Shown: positions 24,284 to 34,895 of the stretch, piece by piece
Numbering within the stretch: position 1 is the first letter of the stretch
Layout: every line of letters starts with the position of its first letter
IMG/VR virus record: IMGVR_UViG_3300045988_101049
Span: 1 to 35,366 of that record
DNA from: a virus
DNA length: 35,366 nucleotides
Reading direction: 5' to 3' (one strand)
Notes under the pieces: generated by a model
Told to the model about the DNA's origin: nothing
The model's input: the letters and a program-made list of their open reading frames with translations, nothing else
The model's database searches: none
Program-made: the position numbers and the translations under genes

Positions 24284-27200
24284 ACCCCCATCCTTACTCT
24301 TAAATGACCGTTACTATCGAATACTTGAATAAGATTGTTACTGATTTCAGTTCTTGCCCCGCTTGTCGCCGTTCGTAATAGTCCGATATTTGCCGTAATC
24401 GCCGATAACTCATTAACGGCAAGCTTATCCGCCGATATTGATTTGGCTGCAAGCATATTGTTCACAATGACGTTATTATCGAATAATGTATCACCGGTAA
24501 CATGTACAAATTTGCCGTCAATCTTAATGGATTCAGGACAGATGTTAATTTGACTGATTAACTTTGCTTTGTCAGCCTTTTGCTCCACTCTTAAATTGAC
24601 CGTATTATCTAACTGCGTAATGCGGCTGTTTACGCCGTCAACCTTGTTATTAACGTTCTGCGTAATGGCGTCGTTTAGCTGTACGATACGGGATTCTATA
24701 TTGCCTTTGATCTTTTGTTCGTAGTATTTCTCCGTTCCGCTTGCTACTCGTTCATCAATCTTCCCTATCTCGTTTTCAAGTCTGGTAAGCCCCAATTCCT
24801 CCTTATCGATCATCTCTTTAGGAATGGTTGCTTCGACTACTACGCGGCTTGATTCTGACCTATCACCTTCCCCAAAAATGTCGTAATAAGCAATCGTAAC
24901 ATCATAGATCCCCGCCCCGCACAAATAGGGCATCGCGTTGTTTTCCGTCTTCAATGCTGCGTCATTATTGATGTAAACGGTCATTCCCGCGCAACCCGCC
25001 GGGATGGCTTCCGCTTGTACCGAAAATCCACCGAGTGTTGCTGTCAGTTTGGGCGGCTTCGGCTTCGGCGGCTTTTGCTTGTTATAAGTCAGCTCCGCAG
25101 GAGCAGAATACTTTCCGATTGCAGACCGTGCGAACAGGAACAGTTTCCCCGTTCTCTGTGTCAATGGAAGTATCGCCGACAGATTATTTGTTCTTGCCAA
25201 TAGGTTTTCGGATTCTTCTCCCGCATTGGTATCACGGCGGATTTCATAAAACGCGACGTCCGTGTTGGTAACCTCTTGCCAGCTTGCCGTTGCCGCCGCC
25301 CCAAACGCGACAGAAAATCCGTCAGGAGTGTTCGGTGTTTCGGTTTTAAGTGCCACAAGTATCTTAATTTGAGGGGAACTGTCGGGACTTGTGACTTCTC
25401 CGAACGTGTCCTTCGTGCAGACGGCTATTAGGTAAGTATCGCCGACAACGGCTTGCGGAATTACAACTTGATTCTTTCCGCTGCCGCCAAATATCCACTC
25501 GCCTTGAAAGCCGATTTCTGACACGGGAACATCCGCCATTTTTGCAACGGATACGGACTGTTGGTTGCTGGTCTTGTACCATACGTCGCCCTGTAAGTAA
25601 GTCTGCAGTTCCGGCGGTGTCCAATTAACTACAATGTCATATCTCGAAACGCCGTCACTTAATTCTCTGTAGCGGTTATAGGCGGTCAGCCCGGTCACCG
25701 CAGGAATGAAATAATTCTGCAGTTTGTATTCGTAAGCCTTAACCGCTGATAAATCCTGTTCACCGGCGCCGAATATGTTTCTTGAAACAAATTTCAGGTA
25801 GATTTTTTTGCCGATGTCTTTTTTCGTGAAGGGCAATTTCAGCAAGTAATTGTCCAGCCGAACAAACGATTCGCCGGCGGCATGCGTCGCCTTGACTGTG
25901 TTGTATTGCCCTCGTACAAGTCCTTCGAGTAAATACGTGCCGTCGTTTTGGAGCGTCGCTGTCGTATATGACAAACATTCCCCGGCAACCCAACACATAG
26001 TGTTTCCGCGCTCTGCATCTTCGGGCTTCCCACTTAACAGTTGGCCGTTGCAACTGACCTGTATTTTGCCGTCGCTGTATGACTTAACCTCACCAAGTCT
26101 TGAGGAGTTATTGATGTCTCCGACGTGGATATAGTGTTCGTTATCATCCGACACATAAACACTACAACCGCCCCAATTCTTCTCTTTCCCTTTGGCGGCA
26201 ATCCATAATTCAAGCCCCGCTTTTGTCATATCTGCCGGCGGCTGGAACATAACCGGGACAGTGTCGCAAGCCGTGTCGTTCATGTTGATATACGGTCGGT
26301 CGTTTTCGTGTACGTCGTATTGCGCCGGCTCATAATTGCCATCCGGCATAGAGATTGCCCGGAACAACAGCAGCCCGTCTTGGTCTTCTGTGACTTCACT
26401 AATAACGGCAACTTGTTTTTCCATACCCGAATACTCATCGGTCAGTGTTACCAAGTCCCCGACTTCAAGCCGGCAAAAGCACCAGTCAAGCTTAAAGGTG
26501 TATCGGTTTCGTCCGTAAAAATTAATCCTTGCGATTTGTTCTGCAATCTTAACGGCGCGTTCTTTCGTGTAGATGTAGTTGGCGGCAAATACGCCCGCTT
26601 GTCTGCTTCCATACGCCTTAATATCATCGGTAAATTGATAGGTAACGGTCTCTTTTTCGTAGCCGTTTGCCCGATTGATAAACTCTACCGGGAATTGATT
26701 GTAGTTCTCTGACCCGTCTTTCCGTTCGTATCTGACCAATTCTCCTTCCGACTGCGGGATAAAGTCGTCCGCCGTCAGGTCATAAATAATCTGCTTGTTC
26801 GGCTTCCAGTTACCAACCTGCCTGTCGGCAAGCGGGATAATTTTGAATTGGTCATTTGACCAGAATATATAAGCGTTTGTGAGTTGTGCGATCTCGTTGA
26901 CGATATCCCTTGCCGTTTTCGTCTTTTCGTCCGGCGGTGTTGAAATCAAGATGTCTGCTTCCCTGCAGTACTGTCGGTAATTGTCCAGCCCTTGAATTTC
27001 AACGTCTTTCAATCCTGCTTTATCGAGTACGTATCGGATATAGTCCGCCGGATTGACGTCCACGCCGTCACCGGTGTTAAGTAACTTACCTTTAACCTCG
27101 AAATTGTAAGACGGGAACGCGCCCGAATCACCCAGATCTACAACGCCAGCCACATACGCAAGCCCCGGATAAGCGAGCGCCTTTTCCGGATGCTTGCCTT

Positions 27201-27576
27201 GCGTATACGCCCACGGCTGTTGGCTTTGTGTTCCACGGAACAGCGTCATTTGTATGTTGTCGTTCGGATAGTGATATACATCTTTTCCAACCCATACCCG
27301 ATTAATGCCGCTAATTTCCCCTTCACATAAGCCTAAAATGGCGGCTACCGAATAGGTGTATGTAATGTTGACGTGTTTCGATCTACCGCCCTTACCGGCT
27401 CTTTGTACTTCCTTTTGTTCGTGCGCCGTAAAATCGTCATAATATATAATGTTTCCCGCGATTCTGACCGTTCCTAATACCTCCGGAACCGCCGAGCCGT
27501 ATTCCGCGGTAGAGACGGTAAATTCGCTAATTTTATTTGCTCTTGATGTGGTGGTGTGCCCCCGAAGAAATCCCAT
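24277..27576 (-). CDS. host specificity / central tail fibre protein (lambda gpJ-like, GTA gp15-like)
   Basis: 1099 aa, downstream of the NlpC/P60 gpK-like gene in a lambda-type tail tip module. Confidence 0.7.
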   Translation of the reverse strand: MGFLRGHTTTSRANKISEFTVSTAEYGSAVPEVLGTVRIAGNIIYYDDFTAHEQKEVQRAGKGGRSKHVNITYTYSVAAILGLCEGEISGINRVWVGKDVYHYPNDNIQMTLFRGTQSQQPWAYTQGKHPEKALAYPGLAYVAGVVDLGDSGAFPSYNFEVKGKLLNTGDGVDVNPADYIRYVLDKAGLKDVEIQGLDNYRQYCREADILISTPPDEKTKTARDIVNEIAQLTNAYIFWSNDQFKIIPLADRQVGNWKPNKQIIYDLTADDFIPQSEGELVRYERKDGSENYNQFPVEFINRANGYEKETVTYQFTDDIKAYGSRQAGVFAANYIYTKERAVKIAEQIARINFYGRNRYTFKLDWCFCRLEVGDLVTLTDEYSGMEKQVAVISEVTEDQDGLLLFRAISMPDGNYEPAQYDVHENDRPYINMNDTACDTVPVMFQPPADMTKAGLELWIAAKGKEKNWGGCSVYVSDDNEHYIHVGDINNSSRLGEVKSYSDGKIQVSCNGQLLSGKPEDAERGNTMCWVAGECLSYTTATLQNDGTYLLEGLVRGQYNTVKATHAAGESFVRLDNYLLKLPFTKKDIGKKIYLKFVSRNIFGAGEQDLSAVKAYEYKLQNYFIPAVTGLTAYNRYRELSDGVSRYDIVVNWTPPELQTYLQGDVWYKTSNQQSVSVAKMADVPVSEIGFQGEWIFGGSGKNQVVIPQAVVGDTYLIAVCTKDTFGEVTSPDSSPQIKILVALKTETPNTPDGFSVAFGAAATASWQEVTNTDVAFYEIRRDTNAGEESENLLARTNNLSAILPLTQRTGKLFLFARSAIGKYSAPAELTYNKQKPPKPKPPKLTATLGGFSVQAEAIPAGCAGMTVYINNDAALKTENNAMPYLCGAGIYDVTIAYYDIFGEGDRSESSRVVVEATIPKEMIDKEELGLTRLENEIGKIDERVASGTEKYYEQKIKGNIESRIVQLNDAITQNVNNKVDGVNSRITQLDNTVNLRVEQKADKAKLISQINICPESIKIDGKFVHVTGDTLFDNNVIVNNMLAAKSISADKLAVNELSAITANIGLLRTATSGARTEISNNLIQVFDSNGHLRVRMGVW

Positions 27577-28019
27577 TACTTCACCCCCTTAAATCTGTAA
27601 ACCGCCCTAAGTCTTGCGTTTCCTTTAGCGTCATAAAGCATAGATTCGTTCGTTCCGGTCATAATAACGCCTTGACCGACAACGGCATGGATAATCCTTT
27701 CATCTCCGATATAAATTCCGGCATGAGAAATGCAGCGCCCGAATTGATACAGGAAAAAATCCCCCTGCATCGGCTTTCTAACCTTCCGGCAATACTGTTT
27801 CACGTATGACAAAAACCATTCTTCCGAGCGGTGTAAATGCCATTCATTAGAATACGGTTTAATAACGATATCCCCCGGCTTAATCAGTCCTGCGTCTTCC
27901 AGTGTCCCGATAAGGAGCATGCCGCAATCCACGCCTACGCCCTTGACCTTTGCCATATTGATATGAGGCGTTCCGAGCCATTCATAAGCGGCTTTTGCAA
28001 TCTTTTCCCCGTTCGTCAT
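27576..28019 (-). CDS. NlpC/P60-family tail tip peptidase (lambda gpK N-domain-like)
   Basis: Cys in GVGVDCGMLL and His in ISHAGIYIG...IIHAV. Confidence 0.75.
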   Translation of the reverse strand: MTNGEKIAKAAYEWLGTPHINMAKVKGVGVDCGMLLIGTLEDAGLIKPGDIVIKPYSNEWHLHRSEEWFLSYVKQYCRKVRKPMQGDFFLYQFGRCISHAGIYIGDERIIHAVVGQGVIMTGTNESMLYDAKGNARLRAVYRFKGVK

Positions 28020-28597
28020 AACAATACTTCTTTCTGCGGGATAAACGGCGTAATTAGGACTGTATCGCTTTTATCCGTGCTTGATACTACATTGTTTTCA
28101 TTCGTCACATACGCCCCTTGCGGGTAGTATTTTCGTAACGGAAATTCCACATTAAGCCCTTGTGTTTTTGCCTTGACGGACAACTCTAACTTGATGCCGC
28201 CGGCGGACTTAACCTCTACATTACCGCCGAATAGCGAAATAACGCCCAAAATTGACCTATCGCGGAAGAAACAACGCTTCAAATACATTCTTGCCCTGTC
28301 GAGATTTCCCTCATGCGCCGCCTTTAATATGGGTAATCCTTCAAGCTTATCGTTCTTATCGGCATAAATGGTCACCGTCATAGTGTCCACGACTACGCGC
28401 GAGTGCAAGTTAACCTGCTGCCGTTTAATCATCAAGGCGTTGTGCTTGTAGGTCTTACCGTCGCACGTAATGTCTATGTCGGTATCGGCGTAATAATATT
28501 TATTGCCGTTAGACAATACCAACTCGTATAAGTCGCATGATGTAATCTGTTTTTCTCTGTTGAGGTATTTTTCTAATGCTGTATCTACTGTTTTCAT
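28016..28597 (-). CDS. tail tip protein (DUF2163-like, gpL position)
   Basis: Position between the DUF2460-like and NlpC/P60 genes. ATG at 28597 overlaps the upstream stop (ATGA). Confidence 0.5.
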   Translation of the reverse strand: MKTVDTALEKYLNREKQITSCDLYELVLSNGNKYYYADTDIDITCDGKTYKHNALMIKRQQVNLHSRVVVDTMTVTIYADKNDKLEGLPILKAAHEGNLDRARMYLKRCFFRDRSILGVISLFGGNVEVKSAGGIKLELSVKAKTQGLNVEFPLRKYYPQGAYVTNENNVVSSTDKSDTVLITPFIPQKEVLL

Positions 28598-29163
28598 CTT
28601 GCGCTCACCATTTTGAAAGTTTTTGAATCGTTGAGATTGACGAATATGTTTTGAATTTCCATTTCGTCTTGCGTAAATCGGACTTTCCAATAATACGTAT
28701 AATCGGCGGTCACTTTTGAATTAGCGGTAGGCGGTGTAGAAAATTTGACCATACCATTTACGACAGTGTATGCCCCGCTTGGCTGCTTCGTGCCGTCTAT
28801 ATAGACGGTTGCATTTTCGATGTGGTCAACGGGCTCTGTATATCCACCAATTCGCATGACAGCCTGATATACGCCCGGAGTTACCATCGGAAGTTGCACG
28901 CCCTTTTCTTCGTGGTCTTCCGGATCAAGCCACAGAAACGGCTCATAATTGCCCTTGAGGAGTGCGGCAAATCCCATTAATTCATTAGCTTCATCTCTTG
29001 TGAGGTGTAAGAGTTTAGCGGAAATAATCCACTGCGGATATAGCTGATTGGTCATTGACCGTGCTTTCCCGCTTCCCGACATCTGTATCCGTGTGTTCCA
29101 CTTTTGCTTTTTCGTGCTGGTAAAGCTGAATTTCTTGAGCTTTGGAAACTTACGCATTACCAC
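28594..29163 (-). CDS. tail tip protein (DUF2460-like, gpM position / distal tail)
   Basis: Immediately downstream of the tape measure. 189 aa. Confidence 0.5.
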   Translation of the reverse strand: MVMRKFPKLKKFSFTSTKKQKWNTRIQMSGSGKARSMTNQLYPQWIISAKLLHLTRDEANELMGFAALLKGNYEPFLWLDPEDHEEKGVQLPMVTPGVYQAVMRIGGYTEPVDHIENATVYIDGTKQPSGAYTVVNGMVKFSTPPTANSKVTADYTYYWKVRFTQDEMEIQNIFVNLNDSKTFKMVSAR

Positions 29164-31916
29164 ACCCCGCTTTCGGTTGCAAAGTTTCGTGTGTTTTCAA
29201 ACAATTCTTGCTTGATTTCCGACAGTCCGCCGCGCTTGAGGAAGTCCCGGAAAGAGCTTGCATCTATTGCCGAGACAGGCATAGTAACGCTGACATTTCC
29301 ACTGGAAACAACATCACCGACAGATCCGCCTTCTGAAAATTGAGGCACCGCCCCCGCGTTCATAGCGTTAAGCGTTCCGATGCCGATACGGTCAACCGCC
29401 GACGAACGCAGCACGTATTCACCGTTAGAAAGCATAGCCGGGATAGAATCACTTGTTCCCGTTCCTGCGCCGGTGATGTATCCGCCGGTTGCGTGTTTTT
29501 GAATGCCAAATACGGTCTTATTCGCCATATCCGCCGGCGTCATGCCGCTTGCAAGTGTCGGGAATGCCGAATAAATCGCGAATACGCCTAACCACTCTGT
29601 AAGAATGGAAACGGCGTTACTGATTAAGCCGCGCACAAAGTCCGCGAGCGCTTGACTTGCCGATTTATTGCCCTTGATAAAGTCCGCCATTGCTGACCCC
29701 ATGGATTGACCGACTTGCGTACAGTATTCCTGCGTTTTCTTCGCCCACTGATCGGCAACAGATAACTGCTGAATTTCCGCCTGTGACGCTTCCGCTAGTG
29801 CCGTTTTGTACTGTTCGGCGAACTCCGCCAGCGTCTGACCTTTGAGCGCCAATTCTTCGGCAAGCGCGTCCGGCGTCATTTGTAACAACTTAGCCATGTT
29901 GTTAAGCTGTTCGCCCTCGTCCGGATTAGCTACTGCGACGTCAATATCCTGCAGATTCTCTTTCAGCGTTTCTTTGATTTTGTCTATCTTCTGCTTGGCT
30001 TCGTCTTCCGTTCCCAGTATCTGATCAATGAGGTTTTTTGTGTCCTCTTGATTTTCCTTCAAGTTAAACTGGAACTGTTGCGCCTTGACCTTTGCTTCAT
30101 AAAGTCTGTTTTCCGCCGTTACTTGGTCATTGATTGCCTTGATGACGTCTGTTCTTGTCTTTTCATCGTTAATCTTTTTGGCAATCTCTAACTCGTTCTC
30201 CCAACCTTTCATGAGAGTGTCGTGAGCGTCGGCTAATGCTTGAAGTGAGATTCGATTTTCTTCCTGTTTTTTCTGTTCGCCGACAAGCATATTGACGTTC
30301 GCCTTTGCTAATTCAAGCGTAGACTTGGCGAGTGCTTGTTTCTGTTTGTCCGCGTCGGCGTATTTTTTGATAAGCGCGTCGATTTGTCGCTCTTCTTCGC
30401 GGGCGGCTTGTGACTGTTTCGCGCCGCCGGCACTACCGGCACTACCGGCACTACTACCACCGCCACCGCCGCCGGCTCTGCCTGTACTCCTGCGCTGCGT
30501 TCTGACAAAGTTATTTTCCCGGGAGCCTTCCGTCTTGGAGCCCGTCCCGAACGTTGCCGTCCATCCTGCGTCTATCCCTGCCGAGACTGCCTGACCGAGA
30601 CTGCGTAAGATGTTCGAGAGGATGTTCCAAATTTGCGCCAACGGCGAGAGTATCGGCGCCAACGCGCTGGCAATCCGGCTCCCGATGCTTCTAAAGGCTT
30701 CATACATGTTATGCGCCGCAATAATAACAACCTTAATTGCATTAATGATGATTTCAAGCGCGTCACCGACAATGGAAAGCGCGAAACTCGCTACTTCGCC
30801 AAAATCGCTGAAAATACTAACCCCGTCATCTCTGATCATCGATAACAGATCATCGGTAAAATCAATTAATAATTGAATGATTTCCGACTGGTCGAATGCG
30901 TTCACAATGCCGAGCCCGATTTCTTCGCAGCACGCGCCAAGGTTGCCGGTGATATCATCCCAACCGTCAATGAGGTTCTTTTTGGATTTTTCCATCGAGC
31001 CGTCGAACTCATGCATGTAGCCGGTTAACGCTTGAATGGCTGTCTGTGAATCCAGCGTTCCATCTTCAACGGCTTGCATGGCTTCATCGCCCGTCATGCC
31101 GAGTGATTCAAATGCTTTATTAAGGTCAAGCCCTGCCGTCTTCATGGCGATTAATTGACGGCTGGACACTTCGCCGGTTGCTTGCAGTCTCGAGATGGCG
31201 TCTACCATCTGTTGGGCTTCCGTCGCGCCTTTGCCGAGACCGGTGGCGGCATCGCCGCATAAACGAATCAAATCAGCCGCATTAGCCGCCGAATAACCAA
31301 GTCCCATGAGCTGGTTCTGCATGGTCTCCAACTGTGCCGGGTCGAATGTACAATCGCGCGTGAGGTCGTTAAATATCCGGTACGACGTGACCGCATCGTC
31401 CACGCTGTTTTTCATCGCGCCGAAATGCGCCACGACTTGCTCTGCGTTTGCTCCGGCGCTTGCAATGCCGACAGTCATTGCGCCAAGTGCGACAACGACG
31501 CCGCCAATAATGGCGGTGGCTAATCCCGACATCCCGCCGATGAGTGCCGTTAACGCGGAAGAAAAGCCGCCCGCACTGCCCGTTCCTTCGAGAAACTTGG
31601 TGGCTAACGTACCAACCGAGCCGCCGGCGGTATCCGCGCTTTTAGTTAAGTTATTAAAGCCTTTAAGAGTGTCGTTAATGGACTTGTTATATTGCGCGTT
31701 CGTCTGCTTCTGCTCATTGATGGCTTGTTGAAGCTTCCGCATAGCTGAGGCTTGTTCGGCGGTGGCTTTCGTTCCGCTTCCCGTTGCTTTTTCGAGATCT
31801 TTTAACTCTTTCTGCATAGCCTTAACAGACTGTTGTCCGTCCGCCAGTGCCGCGCTAAGTTTTTTCAGCCCCTCGTCATGCGCTTCGGCTATAATATTAA
31901 TCTTTGCTTCTGCCAT
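29157..31916 (-). CDS. tail tape measure protein
   Basis: 919 aa, helical with heptad-rich regions, a Gly/Ser/Ala low-complexity tract (RAGGGGGGSSAGSAGSAGGA) and a C-terminal TGGYITGAGTGTSDSIPAMLSNGEYVL motif. Confidence 0.85.
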   Translation of the reverse strand: MAEAKINIIAEAHDEGLKKLSAALADGQQSVKAMQKELKDLEKATGSGTKATAEQASAMRKLQQAINEQKQTNAQYNKSINDTLKGFNNLTKSADTAGGSVGTLATKFLEGTGSAGGFSSALTALIGGMSGLATAIIGGVVVALGAMTVGIASAGANAEQVVAHFGAMKNSVDDAVTSYRIFNDLTRDCTFDPAQLETMQNQLMGLGYSAANAADLIRLCGDAATGLGKGATEAQQMVDAISRLQATGEVSSRQLIAMKTAGLDLNKAFESLGMTGDEAMQAVEDGTLDSQTAIQALTGYMHEFDGSMEKSKKNLIDGWDDITGNLGACCEEIGLGIVNAFDQSEIIQLLIDFTDDLLSMIRDDGVSIFSDFGEVASFALSIVGDALEIIINAIKVVIIAAHNMYEAFRSIGSRIASALAPILSPLAQIWNILSNILRSLGQAVSAGIDAGWTATFGTGSKTEGSRENNFVRTQRRSTGRAGGGGGGSSAGSAGSAGGAKQSQAAREEERQIDALIKKYADADKQKQALAKSTLELAKANVNMLVGEQKKQEENRISLQALADAHDTLMKGWENELEIAKKINDEKTRTDVIKAINDQVTAENRLYEAKVKAQQFQFNLKENQEDTKNLIDQILGTEDEAKQKIDKIKETLKENLQDIDVAVANPDEGEQLNNMAKLLQMTPDALAEELALKGQTLAEFAEQYKTALAEASQAEIQQLSVADQWAKKTQEYCTQVGQSMGSAMADFIKGNKSASQALADFVRGLISNAVSILTEWLGVFAIYSAFPTLASGMTPADMANKTVFGIQKHATGGYITGAGTGTSDSIPAMLSNGEYVLRSSAVDRIGIGTLNAMNAGAVPQFSEGGSVGDVVSSGNVSVTMPVSAIDASSFRDFLKRGGLSEIKQELFENTRNFATESGVW

Positions 31917-31931
31917 ATCGTCTCACCACCC

Positions 31932-32342
31932 TTAAATCTTAATTTCTTGTTCTAAATATTTATCTACACAGGAGGCGTAGAAATCTTCTATCGCCTTCTT
32001 GTTATTTCCGAAATAATCGCCCCGCGGGGGGTATTTTGTGCCTTTCATGCCTTTACGCTTTCCGTTTGCTCTGATTGCGCGCCCAAACGCGCCGGTGTTA
32101 TACCAACGCGCGAAATAGTTCGCGTAAATCGTTGTATCTATCGTACTTACACCAATCGTATATTTGCCCCGAATAAACATGCCCGACGTCAATTTCTTGC
32201 CGCCGAATGCCGTTTTCGGATGCGTTCGCGCTATGAATAGTCTTGTATCTGCTCTAGCTCGTTCCGTTGCCCGGATGACGGCTTTATAAAAGCCTTTATC
32301 TGATAAGTCCTGCATTTTTACGGCTAATTCATCAAGTGTCAT
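31932..32342 (-). CDS. basic 136-aa protein in the slot between major tail protein and tape measure (possibly HK97 gp10-like; not chaperone-like)
   Basis: Rich in K/R (ARWYNTGAFGRAIRANGKRKGMKG). It is the only ORF between the major tail protein and the tape measure, and it has no slippery site. Confidence 0.45.
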   Translation of the reverse strand: MTLDELAVKMQDLSDKGFYKAVIRATERARADTRLFIARTHPKTAFGGKKLTSGMFIRGKYTIGVSTIDTTIYANYFARWYNTGAFGRAIRANGKRKGMKGTKYPPRGDYFGNNKKAIEDFYASCVDKYLEQEIKI

Positions 32343-32404
32343 GGCTGTTCCTTATATAGGGAAAAGTCCGCCGGAACATACCGACGGACTCTGCCCTGTG
32401 TCTA

Positions 32405-32905
32405 TTAACCTTTGAATCCTGTTTTACGTTCAGGCGCCCCGACGCACGTCGCGGACAAGGATTTTTGAATCAGGTCTTCCGATTCTGCCGTCTTTTCCCA
32501 CGATGAAGGAATGGCGGTGACTACCGTATATTCTTTGGTATCCAAGTCTACAATAGCGAATTGGAGTGCCTTCTTTTCGGCGGTAATATCATCGTTATAA
32601 ACAAATTCTTCAATCGCCGCCTGTGCTTCATTGTCGCGTTGGAATACGACGTCTGCCGAAAGTTCCAAGGATTTGGAAGTGACCGCGCCGCTTGCCCAAT
32701 AGCCCGTGTCTTTCGTCTGGACGGTGGAAACCTCTGTGCTTAACGAGATTGTGTGGCTCGTCAAGCCGCCGAGCAGCGTCCATTTCGGGAGTGCTGCCGT
32801 TGCGGCTTCGCCGTAATTCAAATAGATAACCTCTCGTTTTCCGCTGACGCCTGTTCCGGCATCAAATTTCGGGTATTTTTCTTTTGCAATTGTGATTCCT
32901 GCCAT
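32405..32905 (-). CDS. major tail protein (TP901-1/phi13 family-like)
   Basis: 166 aa, rich in Ser/Thr (MAGITIAKEKYPKFDAGTGVSGKREVIYLNYGEAATAALPKWTLLGGLTSHTISLSTEV...). Position fits. Confidence 0.7.
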   Translation of the reverse strand: MAGITIAKEKYPKFDAGTGVSGKREVIYLNYGEAATAALPKWTLLGGLTSHTISLSTEVSTVQTKDTGYWASGAVTSKSLELSADVVFQRDNEAQAAIEEFVYNDDITAEKKALQFAIVDLDTKEYTVVTAIPSSWEKTAESEDLIQKSLSATCVGAPERKTGFKG

Positions 32906-32908
32906 TTT

Positions 32909-33376
32909 TTATTTCCTTTCTTCTAACTGACCCACTCTGAAAATCACTGATGTTGATCCGCTTTGCCATACTCCGTTGTCCGAATAAATCGGCAGGTTAA
33001 GCCGCATTGTTCCGACGTTCATGGAAATAAGCGCAAACCCCTCACCGTTAAGCGTTTTTTGGAGTGTTTCCCAACCTTGATCGCTGCTTAGGTAATTGAG
33101 TAGCTGTTCAAGCTTCTGCGCGACAATCTTTCGTCCTTTGTAGTTGCTATAGACTTCGAGATTAATCGATGTATCCCACGTAGCCATATCTTTATTAGCT
33201 ACGCAGTCCGCATTAGCCGCTCCGAATATCCCGTAAGCGAATTCAGCCTGTTTTTTGAAGTAGTCTTCAATTTCTTCGATGGGTACGGCGGAATCGAACC
33301 ACTCCAACTGCCCTTTTTTACTTAAGGCGTTATAAATGGCTTTGCTGACCGCGTAAAACGGTAGCTTGTAGTTCAT
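32909..33376 (-). CDS. tail completion / neck protein (hypothetical)
   Basis: Lies between the head closure and major tail genes. Confidence 0.45.
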   Translation of the reverse strand: MNYKLPFYAVSKAIYNALSKKGQLEWFDSAVPIEEIEDYFKKQAEFAYGIFGAANADCVANKDMATWDTSINLEVYSNYKGRKIVAQKLEQLLNYLSSDQGWETLQKTLNGEGFALISMNVGTMRLNLPIYSDNGVWQSGSTSVIFRVGQLEERK

Positions 33377-33729
33377 ATGATCCCACCTCCCGCATTGACG
33401 GCTGTTGCCGTTACTTGAATAAAGTACGGACGGCTTTCATCAATGAGTTTTACCTCATTAATCAAATACGTAAAATCGCGGTATTGAAGCCGCCACGATG
33501 TGTCGATTGGCTCTTTTATCTCGCGAAATACGAAATACCGCGTATCGGCGGTGACGTAATCGCCCACAAACGGCTGCCGTGATTGATCTTTCTGCTCACA
33601 CATGGCGAACAGTTCGATGACCGGCTCATACGTTGTTTCCGACAATCCGCCGAGTTCATCACGCACCGGCTTAGACGGCTTCATCAGTGTAATTTTGTGG
33701 GTAAATCTTCCCGGATTTCGTTTGAACAT
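33373..33729 (-). CDS. head closure / head-tail joining protein (SPP1 gp16-like)
   Basis: MFKRNPGRFTHKITLMKP...DTRYFVFREIKEPIDTSWRLQYRDFTYLINEVKLIDESRPYFIQVTA fits the Phage_H_T_join pattern. Confidence 0.65.
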   Translation of the reverse strand: MFKRNPGRFTHKITLMKPSKPVRDELGGLSETTYEPVIELFAMCEQKDQSRQPFVGDYVTADTRYFVFREIKEPIDTSWRLQYRDFTYLINEVKLIDESRPYFIQVTATAVNAGGGII

Positions 33730-33800
33730 ATGTCCCCCTTAAAAAATGATGTGGTAACCGGTGGCGGAGGAATCCACCGGCCACCACCGAGAAGGAGAGA

Positions 33801-34895
33801 TTAAGCGCCCTGTTTAATAACAACGAACGCTTTGTTATAGGTGTTGATGTCTTGGAAACGGCAAACCGCACGAACAAGAACCGAGTTGCGGGTAAACCCT
33901 GCGGATTCATCAGCCATGACTTCGAGTTCCGGATAAGCAATGTGATACATCGCGCGGAAATCGCCGACGAGTACGGTATTTGCCGCGAGTTCGTCATCTT
34001 CTACAACGATAACCGGACGGCCTTCAATTTCGCGAATAGTCGCGTTATTAGCGTCGCGAACGAGCAAGTAACGATCCTGTTTGTCGGCAACAACCGCAAG
34101 CGCCGCGAATGTGGACTGATTCATGACTACCGTTGCATTTCCGCCGGCGTCGAGCGGTAAGGAAATAACCGCCTGTTTGATGGCGTCAAGGCCTGCTTTG
34201 CTTGCGAGAGCCGTCACACTCTTAGAAGTTGCACCCTTTGCCGCTTCGGTAAGGATAGATTTATTAACATCTTTCATGTATACGCGGTTAAACAGTTTAC
34301 CGATAATCGAAACTACGTCGGTGTTGGCGTCCATCAAGAGTTCGCGGGAAACCGGAATAATCGCGCCTTTGGATGCAAGGCTGAATTTAGCCGAACCGAA
34401 CACGGCTTTCTTTTCGGTAATTTCGTTGTTTTCATCGAAATTAACGAGTGCCAGCGGTTGAGCGTAGTCAATCGTCGGTACCGAACCGGCACGAGTGGAA
34501 ACCGGAACCGTGGTTGCCACATTACGCAAGTCGTTATTGATTCCGTTGTTTTCACGCAACGCGAGAAGCTCTTCCGGAATGAGCGCGCCGCCGTCAGCGG
34601 TTACCGCCCCGTTGTTACCTTTCGCTGCGTTAAATACTTTCATCGTTTCTTCGTTCTGAATACCCATCAAATAATTTTTGAGCGCTTTGTTAAATACTTT
34701 TCTGTCCATTTTTTCGTCTCCTTTGCCCATAACTTTGTTTTTGGATTCTTCTTCTACCTGTGCTGCGTATTGTTCGAGCTTGTCGGACAGTTCCGTCTGC
34801 AGTTCTGCCGGCACTTCCGTTTTCTGCTCGATGAGGCCGTTAATTTTATCGTGCAGCTCTTTGACCTCGTTTTTGATTTCCAGACTTCGTAACAT
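33801..34895 (-). CDS. major capsid protein (HK97 fold) with an N-terminal coiled-coil delta-like region
   Basis: 365 aa from the ATG at 34895 (ribosome binding site GGAAAGGAAGA). Size and position fit. Helical region MLRSLEIKNEVKELHDKINGLIEQK. Confidence 0.75.
   Translation of the reverse strand: MLRSLEIKNEVKELHDKINGLIEQKTEVPAELQTELSDKLEQYAAQVEEESKNKVMGKGDEKMDRKVFNKALKNYLMGIQNEETMKVFNAAKGNNGAVTADGGALIPEELLALRENNGINNDLRNVATTVPVSTRAGSVPTIDYAQPLALVNFDENNEITEKKAVFGSAKFSLASKGAIIPVSRELLMDANTDVVSIIGKLFNRVYMKDVNKSILTEAAKGATSKSVTALASKAGLDAIKQAVISLPLDAGGNATVVMNQSTFAALAVVADKQDRYLLVRDANNATIREIEGRPVIVVEDDELAANTVLVGDFRAMYHIAYPELEVMADESAGFTRNSVLVRAVCRFQDINTYNKAFVVIKQGA

Noticed and set aside
21566-27576. 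Diversity-generating retroelement targeting the tail fibre or host-specificity genes
   Set aside because: There is no reverse transcriptase ORF and no template/variable repeat pair anywhere in the window.
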